In this document: positions 19,865 to 29,538 of the stretch, piece after piece
Layout: every line of letters starts with the position of its first letter
Numbering within the stretch: position 1 is the stretch's first letter
From: an uncultured delta proteobacterium
Lineage (GTDB): Bacteria; Myxococcota_A; Polyangia; Polyangiales; Polyangiaceae
Assembly: GCA_963806225.1 (NCBI GenBank)
Contig: CAWDXG010000004.1
Span: forward strand, 3,808,001 to 3,872,000
DNA: 64,000 nucleotides
Direction of reading: 5' to 3'
The notes under the pieces: model-generated
Told to the model about the DNA's origin: nothing
Seen by the model: only the letters and a program-made list of their open reading frames with translations
The model's database searches: none
Made by a program: the position numbers and the translations under genes

Positions 19865-20920
19865 CTACGGGGCGTCCAGCGCCCGCTCCACGCCCTGCTC
19901 GCGGATGTGCTCCGTATCGCAGGAACTGGGCCAGGGGAAGACGTATGCGATGGCCAGTGTGGTCAGCAGCGCATCGCCCCATCCGGTCGAGGGGACGGCG
20001 GCCGCCCAGGCCCTCGGTTCGGTCCGGCCATTGCGGCCCCGGACCTGGAAAAAACTGATGGCGGCAACCTGCTGGGCGCCAGGCGAGCGCAGGTCGAAGC
20101 CCCGGACCCCGCCCATCCCCAGAACCGTCACGTTCCGGGAAGAAAAAGTCGCCCGCTCGCCGGCCGACGACCCGAGCCGGCCGGCAAATCTGGCGTTGGC
20201 CCACGTCCCGTAGCCGCTCACGCCGAGATCACGGGCCACGCCATCGACTGCCGGGACGATGCGGCACGCCAGAGCGAAGTGCGGCGGGTCGAAGTAGCCG
20301 ATCAGGCGGACGGTGTCCGTGCTGATGCACGCCGCAGCGATCGTCCGCCCGTCGCGACGGCCAAAGACCGTGAACGTCATCGTCTCGGTCGTGGTGCGCG
20401 GAAGCCGCAGCACGCCGTGGATGTCGTGCAGCAACATCTCGACAGGCGCGGGGAAGTGCCGGGTGTCGCCGGACCCCGTGAGCCCGGTGAGCGCAACCCG
20501 CACGTCGCGGAGCGAGGCATCGTCGTGGACGGAGCGCAGGAACCTCTCGTAGTCGCGCAACACGGCCTCGTCGAACAAGAGCACGCTGTCGAGATGGCGG
20601 TGCGGCGCGCTGGCCAGCCCGGTCAGCGACCCCACGACCACGCCCGCGGACTTGTCGCCAGCCAGCCCAGGCGCCTTCTGCTTCTTCTTCTCCTCCTCCT
20701 GCTGGTAGTTGGCGCGCCTGACCTGCCACGACTCCCCCGATGGCGAGGCCTGCTCCGCCTTGGAGTCCGGGCAGTACACGGCATTGAAACCGAGCTCCCC
20801 GGAGACAGGCAGCTCGGGCGTCTTCGAAAGCGAGCTGTCCAGGTGGAAGGTGCCACCCGCACACGCCGGAAGCAGCGCGAGGCAAAACCCTGCCAGAACA
20901 CCTGCGCTCTGCAAACCCAA
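19865..20920 (-). CDS. Hypothetical lipoprotein
   Basis: FCLALLPAC lipobox; 351-aa ORF filling the gap between neighbours. Confidence 0.6.
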   Translation of the reverse strand: MGLQSAGVLAGFCLALLPACAGGTFHLDSSLSKTPELPVSGELGFNAVYCPDSKAEQASPSGESWQVRRANYQQEEEKKKQKAPGLAGDKSAGVVVGSLTGLASAPHRHLDSVLLFDEAVLRDYERFLRSVHDDASLRDVRVALTGLTGSGDTRHFPAPVEMLLHDIHGVLRLPRTTTETMTFTVFGRRDGRTIAAACISTDTVRLIGYFDPPHFALACRIVPAVDGVARDLGVSGYGTWANARFAGRLGSSAGERATFSSRNVTVLGMGGVRGFDLRSPGAQQVAAISFFQVRGRNGRTEPRAWAAAVPSTGWGDALLTTLAIAYVFPWPSSCDTEHIREQGVERALDAP

Positions 20921-21001
20921 GGCAAGGCAGTCTACCAGGCATTGTGCGAGGGTGGAGCCGTCGCGGCCTCGAGCCCGGTTGACGCCGCCGTGCGGCGGCA
21001 G

Positions 21002-23131
21002 CTACGCGGCGCAGCCGGCCAGGCGGGAGGCCCAGATGGTGACGCGGTTGCGGCCGCCGCGTTTGGAGGCGTACAGGGCCTCGTCGGTGGACTTGAAAAG
21101 CGTTTCCCAGTCGCTGCCGGCGTGCGGGAACGTAGCGACGCCGACGGAGCAGGTCACGCTCAGCGTCCCGAGTTCGGTGTGGAAGCTGGTCGCCTCCAGC
21201 TCGCTGCGCACGCGCTCGGCGAGCAGGGCGGCACCCTCCGCGTCGGTTTCCTCGCAGACGATCACGAACTCCTCGCCACCGAAGCGACCGACCACGTCGG
21301 TGTCGCGCTTGACGCGCTTGAGCACTTCGCCGAAGCCCTTGATGACCACGTCGCCGACGTCGTGACCGTAGGTGTCGTTGACCTTCTTGAAATGGTCGAT
21401 GTCGCACACCATTGCGGCCAGCGGTTTGTGGAAGCGCTTGGCGCTCCTCACCTTCTGCACGGCGGTCTCGATCAGCGCGCGCTTGTTCATCAGGCCCGTC
21501 ATGCCGTCGGTGGTGGCGAGCTCCTCCAACCGCTTGAGCATGCGCGCGTTGGAGAGCGAGACGGCCACGTGGCTCGCCAGCACTTCCAGCGTCGGGCGCA
21601 CCGCGTCGCCGAAGGCGCCGCGCCGCCCCGAACCGAGCACGAGCGTGCCCAGCGCGCGCTCGTGCACCACCAGCGGAAGCACGAGCAATGAAGGCATGGC
21701 GGGCGGAGCGAGACGCCGCGTGAAGACCACCTGCCGCGCCGGGTCGTAGTCACCGCGATAGGGCAGCGGGTGGCGGTTGGCGACGACCATGCTGACGAGC
21801 CCCGTGTTGTGGCGGAAGCGGCGGCCGACGAGGGCCTCGGCGCCTTCGCCGCTGACGGCGCAGATCTCGTGCTCCGCCGAAGCGCGGTCGAAGAGCGTGA
21901 CCACCGCGAAGTCGAAGGACGCGAACTCGCGCGCGCTGTTCACGCCCGCTTCGATGACCTGTGCCTCGGTCGCAGCGGCGGACAGCGCGTCGGCAGCCCG
22001 GTACAGCTTGCCCTGTTCGATCTTCGCGCGCTCGAGCTGGATGAAGACGCGCTCGTTCTCCACCGAGCGCTGCAGGAAATGAGTTGCCGCAACCAGCAGC
22101 TCTTCCTCATGCGAGGTGAAGGACTCGCGCGACTCGCGATCCACGACCAGCACGCCGTGCGGGTGACCGTGTTCCATCACGGGAGCCGCGCACACGGCGC
22201 CTATCACGGGTTTGATGGCGTAGTGGTGGACGTGCTGGCCGGCGCGCGGCCCGTCGAGGCTCACCGGCTCGCCGCGCGCCAGGACGGCCCCGAAGATGCC
22301 GTCGCGGGCGCTGAAGGGGCCTGGGTTGATGGCGTCTTCCTCGGTGCTGAGCTCCTGGATGTAGAGCTTGTCGCCGCGCAGACCGAGCAGCACGGCGGTC
22401 CTCAGCCCCAGCGTGCGGCGCAGGAGCTCGAGCGCGAACTGCTGGGCCTGGTGGATTTCTTCCACCCCGGATTGCAGCAACCGTTCCTCGTCGCTCGGAC
22501 CGCGCGACACTGGCTGCCGCGGCGAGCTGGGAGCGCCGAGCAGGCGGTAGGACCGGGCCGCGTCCTTCATGCGCTGGATCTCGGCCTCGATGCGCAGGCG
22601 GCTGAGCCGGCGCACGCGCGTGATCTCGGCGCGGAACAGCGCCAGGTTCAGGAACGCGAACACGCCGATCAGCGCGGCGTGCGGCCAGAGCTGCTCGGTG
22701 TCATGGCGGCCGAAGGACAAATACTGGAGCGCGGACTCGAGCAGGATCGCGAAGGCGACGGTGCCGACGGCCGCCGTGGGCCGCGCGAAGCCGGCCACGA
22801 GCATCATCACAGCGTAGATGACCGGATAGTAGGCGCCGTCCAGCTGGCCCGGTGCAAACAGGATGCCCAGGTAGACCGCGACCACGACGTGCGTAAACAG
22901 CTCCAGGTCGAGGCGCGCGGTGTCGTCGGGGTTGAGCCGCCTGAGGCGGCGGAACAGCCTCACGCAGAGCGACACCGAGAGCAGGCCGAGAGCGGCGGCA
23001 TTCCAGGCAGCCGACGGCGGGTCCCCTGCCCACAACACGAGGTAGGCGCCGAGCGCGATGCTGATCGCGATCCCGGACAGTCGGGCGAGCCCCTGCTGCA
23101 CCGCGTAGGTGGCGCGGACGAGCGGATCCAT
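21002..23131 (-). CDS. Membrane diguanylate cyclase with two GAF domains
   Basis: N-terminal TMs; two GAF-like segments; TDGMTGLMN, DIDHFKKVNDTYGH, RDTD I-site, RFGGEEF. Confidence 0.92.
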   Translation of the reverse strand: MDPLVRATYAVQQGLARLSGIAISIALGAYLVLWAGDPPSAAWNAAALGLLSVSLCVRLFRRLRRLNPDDTARLDLELFTHVVVAVYLGILFAPGQLDGAYYPVIYAVMMLVAGFARPTAAVGTVAFAILLESALQYLSFGRHDTEQLWPHAALIGVFAFLNLALFRAEITRVRRLSRLRIEAEIQRMKDAARSYRLLGAPSSPRQPVSRGPSDEERLLQSGVEEIHQAQQFALELLRRTLGLRTAVLLGLRGDKLYIQELSTEEDAINPGPFSARDGIFGAVLARGEPVSLDGPRAGQHVHHYAIKPVIGAVCAAPVMEHGHPHGVLVVDRESRESFTSHEEELLVAATHFLQRSVENERVFIQLERAKIEQGKLYRAADALSAAATEAQVIEAGVNSAREFASFDFAVVTLFDRASAEHEICAVSGEGAEALVGRRFRHNTGLVSMVVANRHPLPYRGDYDPARQVVFTRRLAPPAMPSLLVLPLVVHERALGTLVLGSGRRGAFGDAVRPTLEVLASHVAVSLSNARMLKRLEELATTDGMTGLMNKRALIETAVQKVRSAKRFHKPLAAMVCDIDHFKKVNDTYGHDVGDVVIKGFGEVLKRVKRDTDVVGRFGGEEFVIVCEETDAEGAALLAERVRSELEATSFHTELGTLSVTCSVGVATFPHAGSDWETLFKSTDEALYASKRGGRNRVTIWASRLAGCAA

Positions 23132-23316
23132 GCGAGCCCGACCCCGTACCAGAACGCCAGCCCGACGGCCCAGTTCGAGGCGGAACGGCGTGGGGGGCAG
23201 GGAGGCAGAGAGGGTCCGGCCAGCGACGCCACAGCGGCGGGCAGCGGCTGCCAGAACCCTCCACCCCGACTGCGCGGCGCTTTCCCGAATGCGCCCGCCG
23301 GGGGCAGACTTGTGGC

Positions 23317-24783
23317 GTGAAGCCCGGCCTCCGCCTCCAGATCCTGCTGCTCCTCGGCGGCTCGATGCTGCTCGCGTTCGTGCCGCTGTTCTTCGCGGTG
23401 GCGACCTACGCAAGCTACACGCTGCAAAAGGTGCGCGACTCGAGCGCGCGTTCGCTCGGCAGGGCCATTGCGGGGCACGTGGCCGAAGCCCGCGAGAACC
23501 GCTCGCGCTCCGAGCTGATGACCCTGCTCGAGTCGGAGGTGGGCACCGAGGGCGTCGAGGCGATTGGCGTGTACGAACAGCACGGCATGCCGGTGGCTCG
23601 CATCGGCGAACCGGTCGCCGTGGACGGTCTGCCGCGAAAGCTCGATGCGAAGCTGGAAGCCGTGCGCGAAGTGCACAGCTCCTTCGGCCGCGCTCTGGCC
23701 ATCCAGGTGCCGGACTCGCGGGGCGCCGTGATCGCCGTGCTGCGCACGGACAACCAGGCCGCGCAGGCCGCGCCGCTGGTGCGGCTGCTGGGCCTGTACA
23801 CGGGGCTGGTGGCGCTCGCGCTGCTGGTGCTGGCGTACTTCGCCCTCACGCGGCTCATCGTGCGGCCGCTGGTGCAGCTCTCGACTGCGGCGGAGCGCGT
23901 AGCGGGCGGGGCGCGGCGGTTGGAGGTGCCCCGGACCGGAGCGCGCGAGCTCGCGGAGCTCGGCAGCAGCCTGCGCACCATGACCGACAAGCTCATCAGC
24001 GACGAAGAGGCGCTCCGGCGCAAGGTGGACGAGGTGGAGCGCGCCACGCTGAGCCTCAAGGAGGCGCAGCACCGCCTGGTGCGCTCGGAGCGACTGGCCT
24101 CGGTGGGGCGGCTGGCCGCGGGGCTGGCCCACGAGATCGGCAACCCCATCTCGGCGCTGATCGGCATGGAGGATCTGCTGCTCGAGGGCGACCTGGAGCC
24201 GGAGCAGCAGAAGGACTTCGTCCAGCGGATGCGCAAGGAGACGGAGCGCATCAACAGCATCCTGCGCGACCTGTTGCAGTTCGCGCGGCCCGCAACCTCC
24301 GGCCCGGACGGCGAGACCGCCCCGGGCAACGTGGAATCGGCAGTCTACGACACGGCAGCGCTGCTCGGGCCACAGAAGGCGATGAGCGACGTCGAGCTCG
24401 AGCTGGACGTCCATCCAGAGCTGCCCGCCGTCGCACTCAGCCGGGAGCAGCTCGTGCAGGTGATCCTCAATCTCGCGCTCAACGCCGCCGACGCGGTCGG
24501 CGAGGGTGGGCGCGTGAAGGTGAGCGCCGAACCGAACGCGGGCGGTGTACGGCTGAGCGTGGAGGACAACGGGCCCGGAGTACCGGCGGAAGTGGAAGAT
24601 CGCCTGTTTGAACCGTTCGTGACGACGAAGGATATCGGCAAGGGGACCGGGCTCGGCCTGGCCGTCTGCCGTGGGCTCGTCGAATCCGCCGGCGGCAGCA
24701 TCGTGCTCGACGAGACCTACGACAAGGGCGCGCGCTTCGTGATCGAGCTGCCCGCCGCAGATGAGCGCGCGGAGTCGTCTTGA
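23317..24783 (+). CDS. HAMP sensor histidine kinase
   Basis: Two TMs, HAMP, AHEIGNP H-box, NLALNA, DNGPG, FEPFVTTK, GTGLGL. Confidence 0.93.
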   Translation: MKPGLRLQILLLLGGSMLLAFVPLFFAVATYASYTLQKVRDSSARSLGRAIAGHVAEARENRSRSELMTLLESEVGTEGVEAIGVYEQHGMPVARIGEPVAVDGLPRKLDAKLEAVREVHSSFGRALAIQVPDSRGAVIAVLRTDNQAAQAAPLVRLLGLYTGLVALALLVLAYFALTRLIVRPLVQLSTAAERVAGGARRLEVPRTGARELAELGSSLRTMTDKLISDEEALRRKVDEVERATLSLKEAQHRLVRSERLASVGRLAAGLAHEIGNPISALIGMEDLLLEGDLEPEQQKDFVQRMRKETERINSILRDLLQFARPATSGPDGETAPGNVESAVYDTAALLGPQKAMSDVELELDVHPELPAVALSREQLVQVILNLALNAADAVGEGGRVKVSAEPNAGGVRLSVEDNGPGVPAEVEDRLFEPFVTTKDIGKGTGLGLAVCRGLVESAGGSIVLDETYDKGARFVIELPAADERAESS

Positions 24784-25274
24784 GAAACGCGCCGTACCGC
24801 GAACGGTCGCGCGCCGTTCTCGTGGTGCGCGGCGAGCCCTTCGCGACATTCGTGCTGTGGGCGGTCTGGAGCGCCGAGGTCGTGATCGTGGCGGTGGCCC
24901 TGTTCGTGCACGGGGAAACGCGACTCAGATGGGCGGGTGGCGCAGTCTTGTCTGCGCTGGTTCTTGCCACCGCAGTGGTGGTCGCGGGGCGCTCGGTAGC
25001 CAGGTGGCGCTTCTCGCTCGCTGGCTCCACGCTTCGAATCGAACACCTGACAGCTAGACACGTGGACGTTCTTGCCACCCTCGACGTGTGCGACGGCGTC
25101 GAGCTGCACTTGCAGGACGCGAAGAGCGCGGGCAGCCTGGACTACGAGATCCGCCTCGTTGCCGGTGACCAGCGGCTCGAGTTCAGCCCCGGCCGCCGCG
25201 TGGATCTCGTCGCCGCGAGGCTGACGCGGTTTCTGGAGAAGCACCACGTGAGAGTCACGCCGGGCAAGGCGTGA
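24780..25274 (+). CDS. Hypothetical membrane protein (two TMs)
   Basis: Overlaps the kinase stop; two hydrophobic helices and a small soluble domain. Confidence 0.55.
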   Translation: MRNAPYRERSRAVLVVRGEPFATFVLWAVWSAEVVIVAVALFVHGETRLRWAGGAVLSALVLATAVVVAGRSVARWRFSLAGSTLRIEHLTARHVDVLATLDVCDGVELHLQDAKSAGSLDYEIRLVAGDQRLEFSPGRRVDLVAARLTRFLEKHHVRVTPGKA

Positions 25275-25401
25275 GCCCTCTGGGCCGCGCGCTGCATCCC
25301 GAACGTCCCATCGACTTGCATGTGTAGCGTCCGGGTTGCTCGTTTCGGGTTACGTGGGGGCAGATGCGTAGGTTTGGCGAAGTAGCGTATACTGGCGCCG
25401 C

Positions 25402-26088
25402 GTGAGAGAAGAGCAGTTCTCAGCACCGCGCGTCGAGGCAACGTTCTGCTTCGTCGACATGGCCGGCTTCACGGCCTTGACCGAAGCGCAGGGCGACGAG
25501 GACGCGGCGGACGTGGCGACGCGCTTCGCCGATCTGGCGCGCGCCTCGCTCGGGCCGGGCGATTTCCTCGTGAAGACCATCGGCGACGCCGTGCTCATCA
25601 CGGCCCCGGACCCGGTCTCCGGAGTCGAGCTGGTGGAGCGGCTGCTGACGGGCGCGGCGGCGGAACCGGGTCTGCCCTCGCTCCGGGCAGGACTGCACCA
25701 CGGCGAGGCCGTCAACCGGGACGGTGACGTGTTCGGCGCAGCAGTCAATCTGGCGGCGCGCGTGGCGAGCGAGGCGCACGCCGGCGAAGTGCTGGGCACG
25801 GCGCGCATCGCCGCCGCGGCCCGCGACCTGGGCATCCCAGTGGCGGATCTGGGCAGCGTGCTGCTCAAGAACGTGCGCGGCTCCATCCCCCTGTACTCGC
25901 TGGCGCTGGTGGTCGGCGCAACCGAGACGCCGATCGATCCCGTGTGCCGCACGCCGGTGGATCGACGCGGCGCAGCAGGCCGGCTCCGCTACAACGGCGG
26001 CGAGTACTGGTTCTGCTCGCTGACCTGCGCGGCGGCGTTTGCCAGCAATCCGGGCTGGCACGCTGCGGAATCCGACGAGCCGCGCTGA
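25402..26088 (+). CDS. Class III adenylate cyclase fused to a YHS/TRASH domain
   Basis: FVDMAGFT, KTIGDAV, GDVFGAAVNLAARV; DPVC..YWFCSLTC. Confidence 0.88.
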   Translation: MREEQFSAPRVEATFCFVDMAGFTALTEAQGDEDAADVATRFADLARASLGPGDFLVKTIGDAVLITAPDPVSGVELVERLLTGAAAEPGLPSLRAGLHHGEAVNRDGDVFGAAVNLAARVASEAHAGEVLGTARIAAAARDLGIPVADLGSVLLKNVRGSIPLYSLALVVGATETPIDPVCRTPVDRRGAAGRLRYNGGEYWFCSLTCAAAFASNPGWHAAESDEPR

Positions 26089-26207
26089 GCCCGGAAGCAG
26101 CGAAACCGGTGCGGGGCTCGCGGGCGCCGGGCGCATGATTTTCCTCGCGAGGGCCGGCACCGTTGGCGGTTTCCGCGCCCATCGCAGCTTTCCGTCACAT
26201 GGGGTGG

Positions 26208-26223
26208 TGGCATGTGCGATGCA
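26208..26223 (+). promoter_or_regulatory. Putative sigma-54 promoter
   Basis: TGGCATGTGCGATGCA = GG-N10-GC, about 60 bp upstream of ATG 26284. Confidence 0.55.
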
Positions 26224-26283
26224 GCGCACATTGCAGCATGACGCCTCACCCGGCGGGGAGGGCGTGCGACCGGAGGTGTTGTC

Positions 26284-26658
26284 ATGAAGGCGCTCATCGG
26301 CTTCGTCTCGATGGCATTCGGGGCTTTTCTGGTTTTAGCCATGGTGAAGATCCAGATCGACCCATTCGCCTTCACCAGCTTCACCCGTTACACGCCTGCA
26401 GCCATCGGGCAGCCGGCAGCTCCGGTCACGCCGCCGACGCCGGCCGAGCCGGTGACACACGTCATCACGCTGGCCGACGTGACCATCGTCGCTGCCATGT
26501 CCCGGCACGTCCTCCCCGCGCGTCGCGCGACCGTCCAGGCCCGCGTCGCGGCGGCGCCGGTGGAGCCGCGCGTCAAGGTGCTTCCGGCGCCGTGCGTCGA
26601 CGGGCAGTATCGAAAGCTCGAGGCGCATCGCGGCGTGCGCCTGATGTGCCCGCACTGA
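26284..26658 (+). CDS. Small exported or membrane-anchored hypothetical protein
   Basis: GGAGG RBS; N-terminal TM; C-terminal Cys pair (PC..MC). Confidence 0.7.
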   Translation: MKALIGFVSMAFGAFLVLAMVKIQIDPFAFTSFTRYTPAAIGQPAAPVTPPTPAEPVTHVITLADVTIVAAMSRHVLPARRATVQARVAAAPVEPRVKVLPAPCVDGQYRKLEAHRGVRLMCPH

Positions 26659-26689
26659 GCGCGGACAGCAGTGCTAGCCTGCAGCCCGC

Positions 26690-26980
26690 ATGGCTGCTTC
26701 CCGATTCGGCATAGGCGTCAACATGGCCGCCAGCGCGCTGACGGCCTGCACAGGTGTGTGGATCCTGTGGGGGCTCGCCACGCGCGGTGACTACTTCGCC
26801 AGCGGAAATCCGCTCGTGCTGGTCAGCCTCGTCGTGGCCGGCATTCTGGGTCTTGTCGCTGGCTATCGACGGCGCTCGCCGCGCTACCGCGGCATCGTGC
26901 TCGGGATCGCGGTTTTCGCGCTTCTGTTCTGGGTCGTCGTGCCCGCTGGCTGGTGGGCACACGGGCCACCGCATCGATGA
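26690..26980 (+). CDS. Small three-TM hypothetical protein
   Basis: Hydrophobic 96-aa ORF. Confidence 0.55.
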   Translation: MAASRFGIGVNMAASALTACTGVWILWGLATRGDYFASGNPLVLVSLVVAGILGLVAGYRRRSPRYRGIVLGIAVFALLFWVVVPAGWWAHGPPHR

Positions 26981-27014
26981 GACGACAGGCGGCGCGATCG
27001 ACTACACTCGCCAC

Positions 27015-29535
27015 ATGAAACGCGGGTTCTTGCTGGTTGGTGGTCTGGTTGGAGTCGTGCTGGTCGTTGCGGCCTGTGGCAGCCATGGAAGCGCTCGCCC
27101 GGGCGCCCCGGGAACCGGCGGTACGGACGCGGGAACTGGAGGCGCGGCCGGCAATGCGGGCAATGCGGGCGCGGCCGGCGCGGCGGGTGCAGCCGGCAGC
27201 GGAGGCACCGGCGGAACGCTCACGACACCCTGCGCCGCCAACGATCTCTACGTCGCTCCGGGCGGCGACGACGCAAACCCCGGCACCGAGGCCAAGCCTT
27301 TCAAGACGATGGAGGCCGCGCGCGACGCGATCAGGACCATGAAGGCCGGAGCGGGCCTGCCGGCAGGCGGCATCGAAGTGTGCCTGCGTGGCGGCTTGTA
27401 TCCGCGCGACAAGACCTTCGACCTGACCGACCAGGACTCGGGCACGCTTTCGCAACCGATCGTGTGGCGCGCCTACCAGGGCGAGACGCCCCGCATCGTC
27501 GGCTCCATCGAGCTGTCGGGCAGCGACTTCAAGAAGGTGGACTCGAGCTCGGCGGTCTGGAGCCGCCTCGACTCTTCCGCGCAGGGGCATGTGCTGGCGC
27601 TCGATCTCGTCGAAGTACACGACCGACTACGGCTCGCTCGACACGCGCCGTTCGGACAAGGGCGGCAACAACTCTGCCGCCGAGCTCGCCTTCAACGACA
27701 GCATGATGCAGCTGGCGCGCTACCCGGACTACGTCAAGGCGAGCGACGTCCCCGCCTACCCGAAGACCATCGACGTGAGCGGCAGCGGGCTGAACCCGGA
27801 TGTGAGCGGTACGTACAGCCAGGCGGGCACCTACAACGGCAAGCCCTACTACAAGCTCTCCGGCCAGAACTGGTTCATCTACTTCCGGCCGCAGAACGCC
27901 GTGTACTACCTCGCGGATCTGAAAGCGCTCGGCGGCGCCGGCACCTATGCCTGGTGGAGCGGTGGCGGCTCGTACCCGACCGGCTCGTACCACCCCGATT
28001 CAGGCAGCCCGAGCGGAATGCCGTACGCCGAGTCCACCGACAACATCGGCTTTGTCGCGTATCGCCTCGACGCCGGACAGCACGCACTTCGTGTATTCGG
28101 GCACGCGCCCGAGTCGCTGGGGCGCCGCCAAGGACATCTACATGTTGGGCTACTGGAAGTACCTCTGGGACGCGCGCAACGTCGCGGTGACGAATATCGA
28201 CACGGGGACCAAGACCATCACCGTCACCAGCAATCCGTACGGCATCAACGCGCACGAGCCGTACTTCGCCTACAACCTGCTGGAAGAGATCACCGTCCCG
28301 GGCGAGTACTACATCGACCGTTCCACTGGCACGCTGTACTTCTGGCCGCCGGGCGACAGCACGAGCGGCGAGCTGATGCTCAGCATGCTGCAGGATGACC
28401 TGGTGCACCTGAACGGCGCCAAATACGTCACGCTTCGCGGCCTCACGCTCGAGCTAGGGCGCGGCGAGCTGGTGCGCATCGAAGGCGGCTCGGACGACGT
28501 GCTCGACCGCTGCACCCTCGGAAACAACGGCAACGATGCCGTCCGGATCAGCGGGCTGCGCAATGGCCTCTCGCACTGCACGCTGCACGACATGGGCGGC
28601 GACGGCGTCGTCCTCTCGGGCGGCGACCGCAAGAGCCTGACGCCCGGTAACGACTTCGTGAAGAACTGCGACATCTCGCACTTCGGCCGTATCTTCTGGA
28701 CGTACCACCCGGCGGTGACCATCACCGACCCGTCCAGCCGGCAATCACGAGGCCAGCGACGGCAACGTCGTCGCGCACAACCACATCCACGACGCACCGC
28801 ACGCCGGCATCCTCTTCAACGGCAACGAACACCACATCGAGTACAACGTGATCGATCACGTGTGCGAGTGGGCGTCGGACGCCGGCGCGATCTACGGCGG
28901 GCGCGCGTGGGACTATCGCGGCACCGAGATCCGCTACAACTTCATCCACGACATCCAGAGCCCGCTGGGCCCCGCCGTGCATGGCATCTACCTCGACGAC
29001 TGCTTGAGCGGCGAACACGTGTTCGGCAACGTGCTGTACAAGGCGGGGCCGTCTTCGGCGCTCATGCACGGCGGCGGACGCGACGACATCTTCGAGAACA
29101 ACATCATCGTCAAGTCCGGCTCGGCGCTCCACACCGACATGCGCTGCACCACGGCCATCAAGCACGACGGCAGCAGCTGGGACTTGCTCAAGAAGGCCGA
29201 GGACATGAACTATACCGAGGACCCGTGGAAGACCGCGTATCCCGCGCTGGCCGCCATCCCCGACAACTGGTCCGCAGATCGCCGGCTCGCACTGGCTGTA
29301 CCCCGAGGGCGACGTGTTCTCGCGCAACATCGGCTGGAAGAACGACCTGTGGACGGTCGAGAGCAGCGGCAATCCGCTGTCGTTCTTCGCGGAACAGAAG
29401 GACAACATCGAGGACCAGGACCCGCAGTTCGTCGACGAGGCGAACCTGGACCTGACGCTGAAGTCGAGCTCGCCGGCCTTGTCGATCCCCGGGTTCCAAC
29501 CCATCCCGTTCAGCCAGATCGGCATCCAGAAGTAG
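27015..29535 (+). CDS. Right-handed beta-helix lipoprotein (GH141-like), about four frameshifts
   Basis: VVAAC lipobox; YVAPGGDDANPGTEAKPFKT, LRGGLY, LARYP, NLLEEITVPGEYY, HNHIHDAPHAGI, SDAGAIY, GIYLDD, DQDPQFVD; frame changes near 27610, 28058, 28745, 29275. Confidence 0.8.
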
Positions 29536-29538
29536 CGC

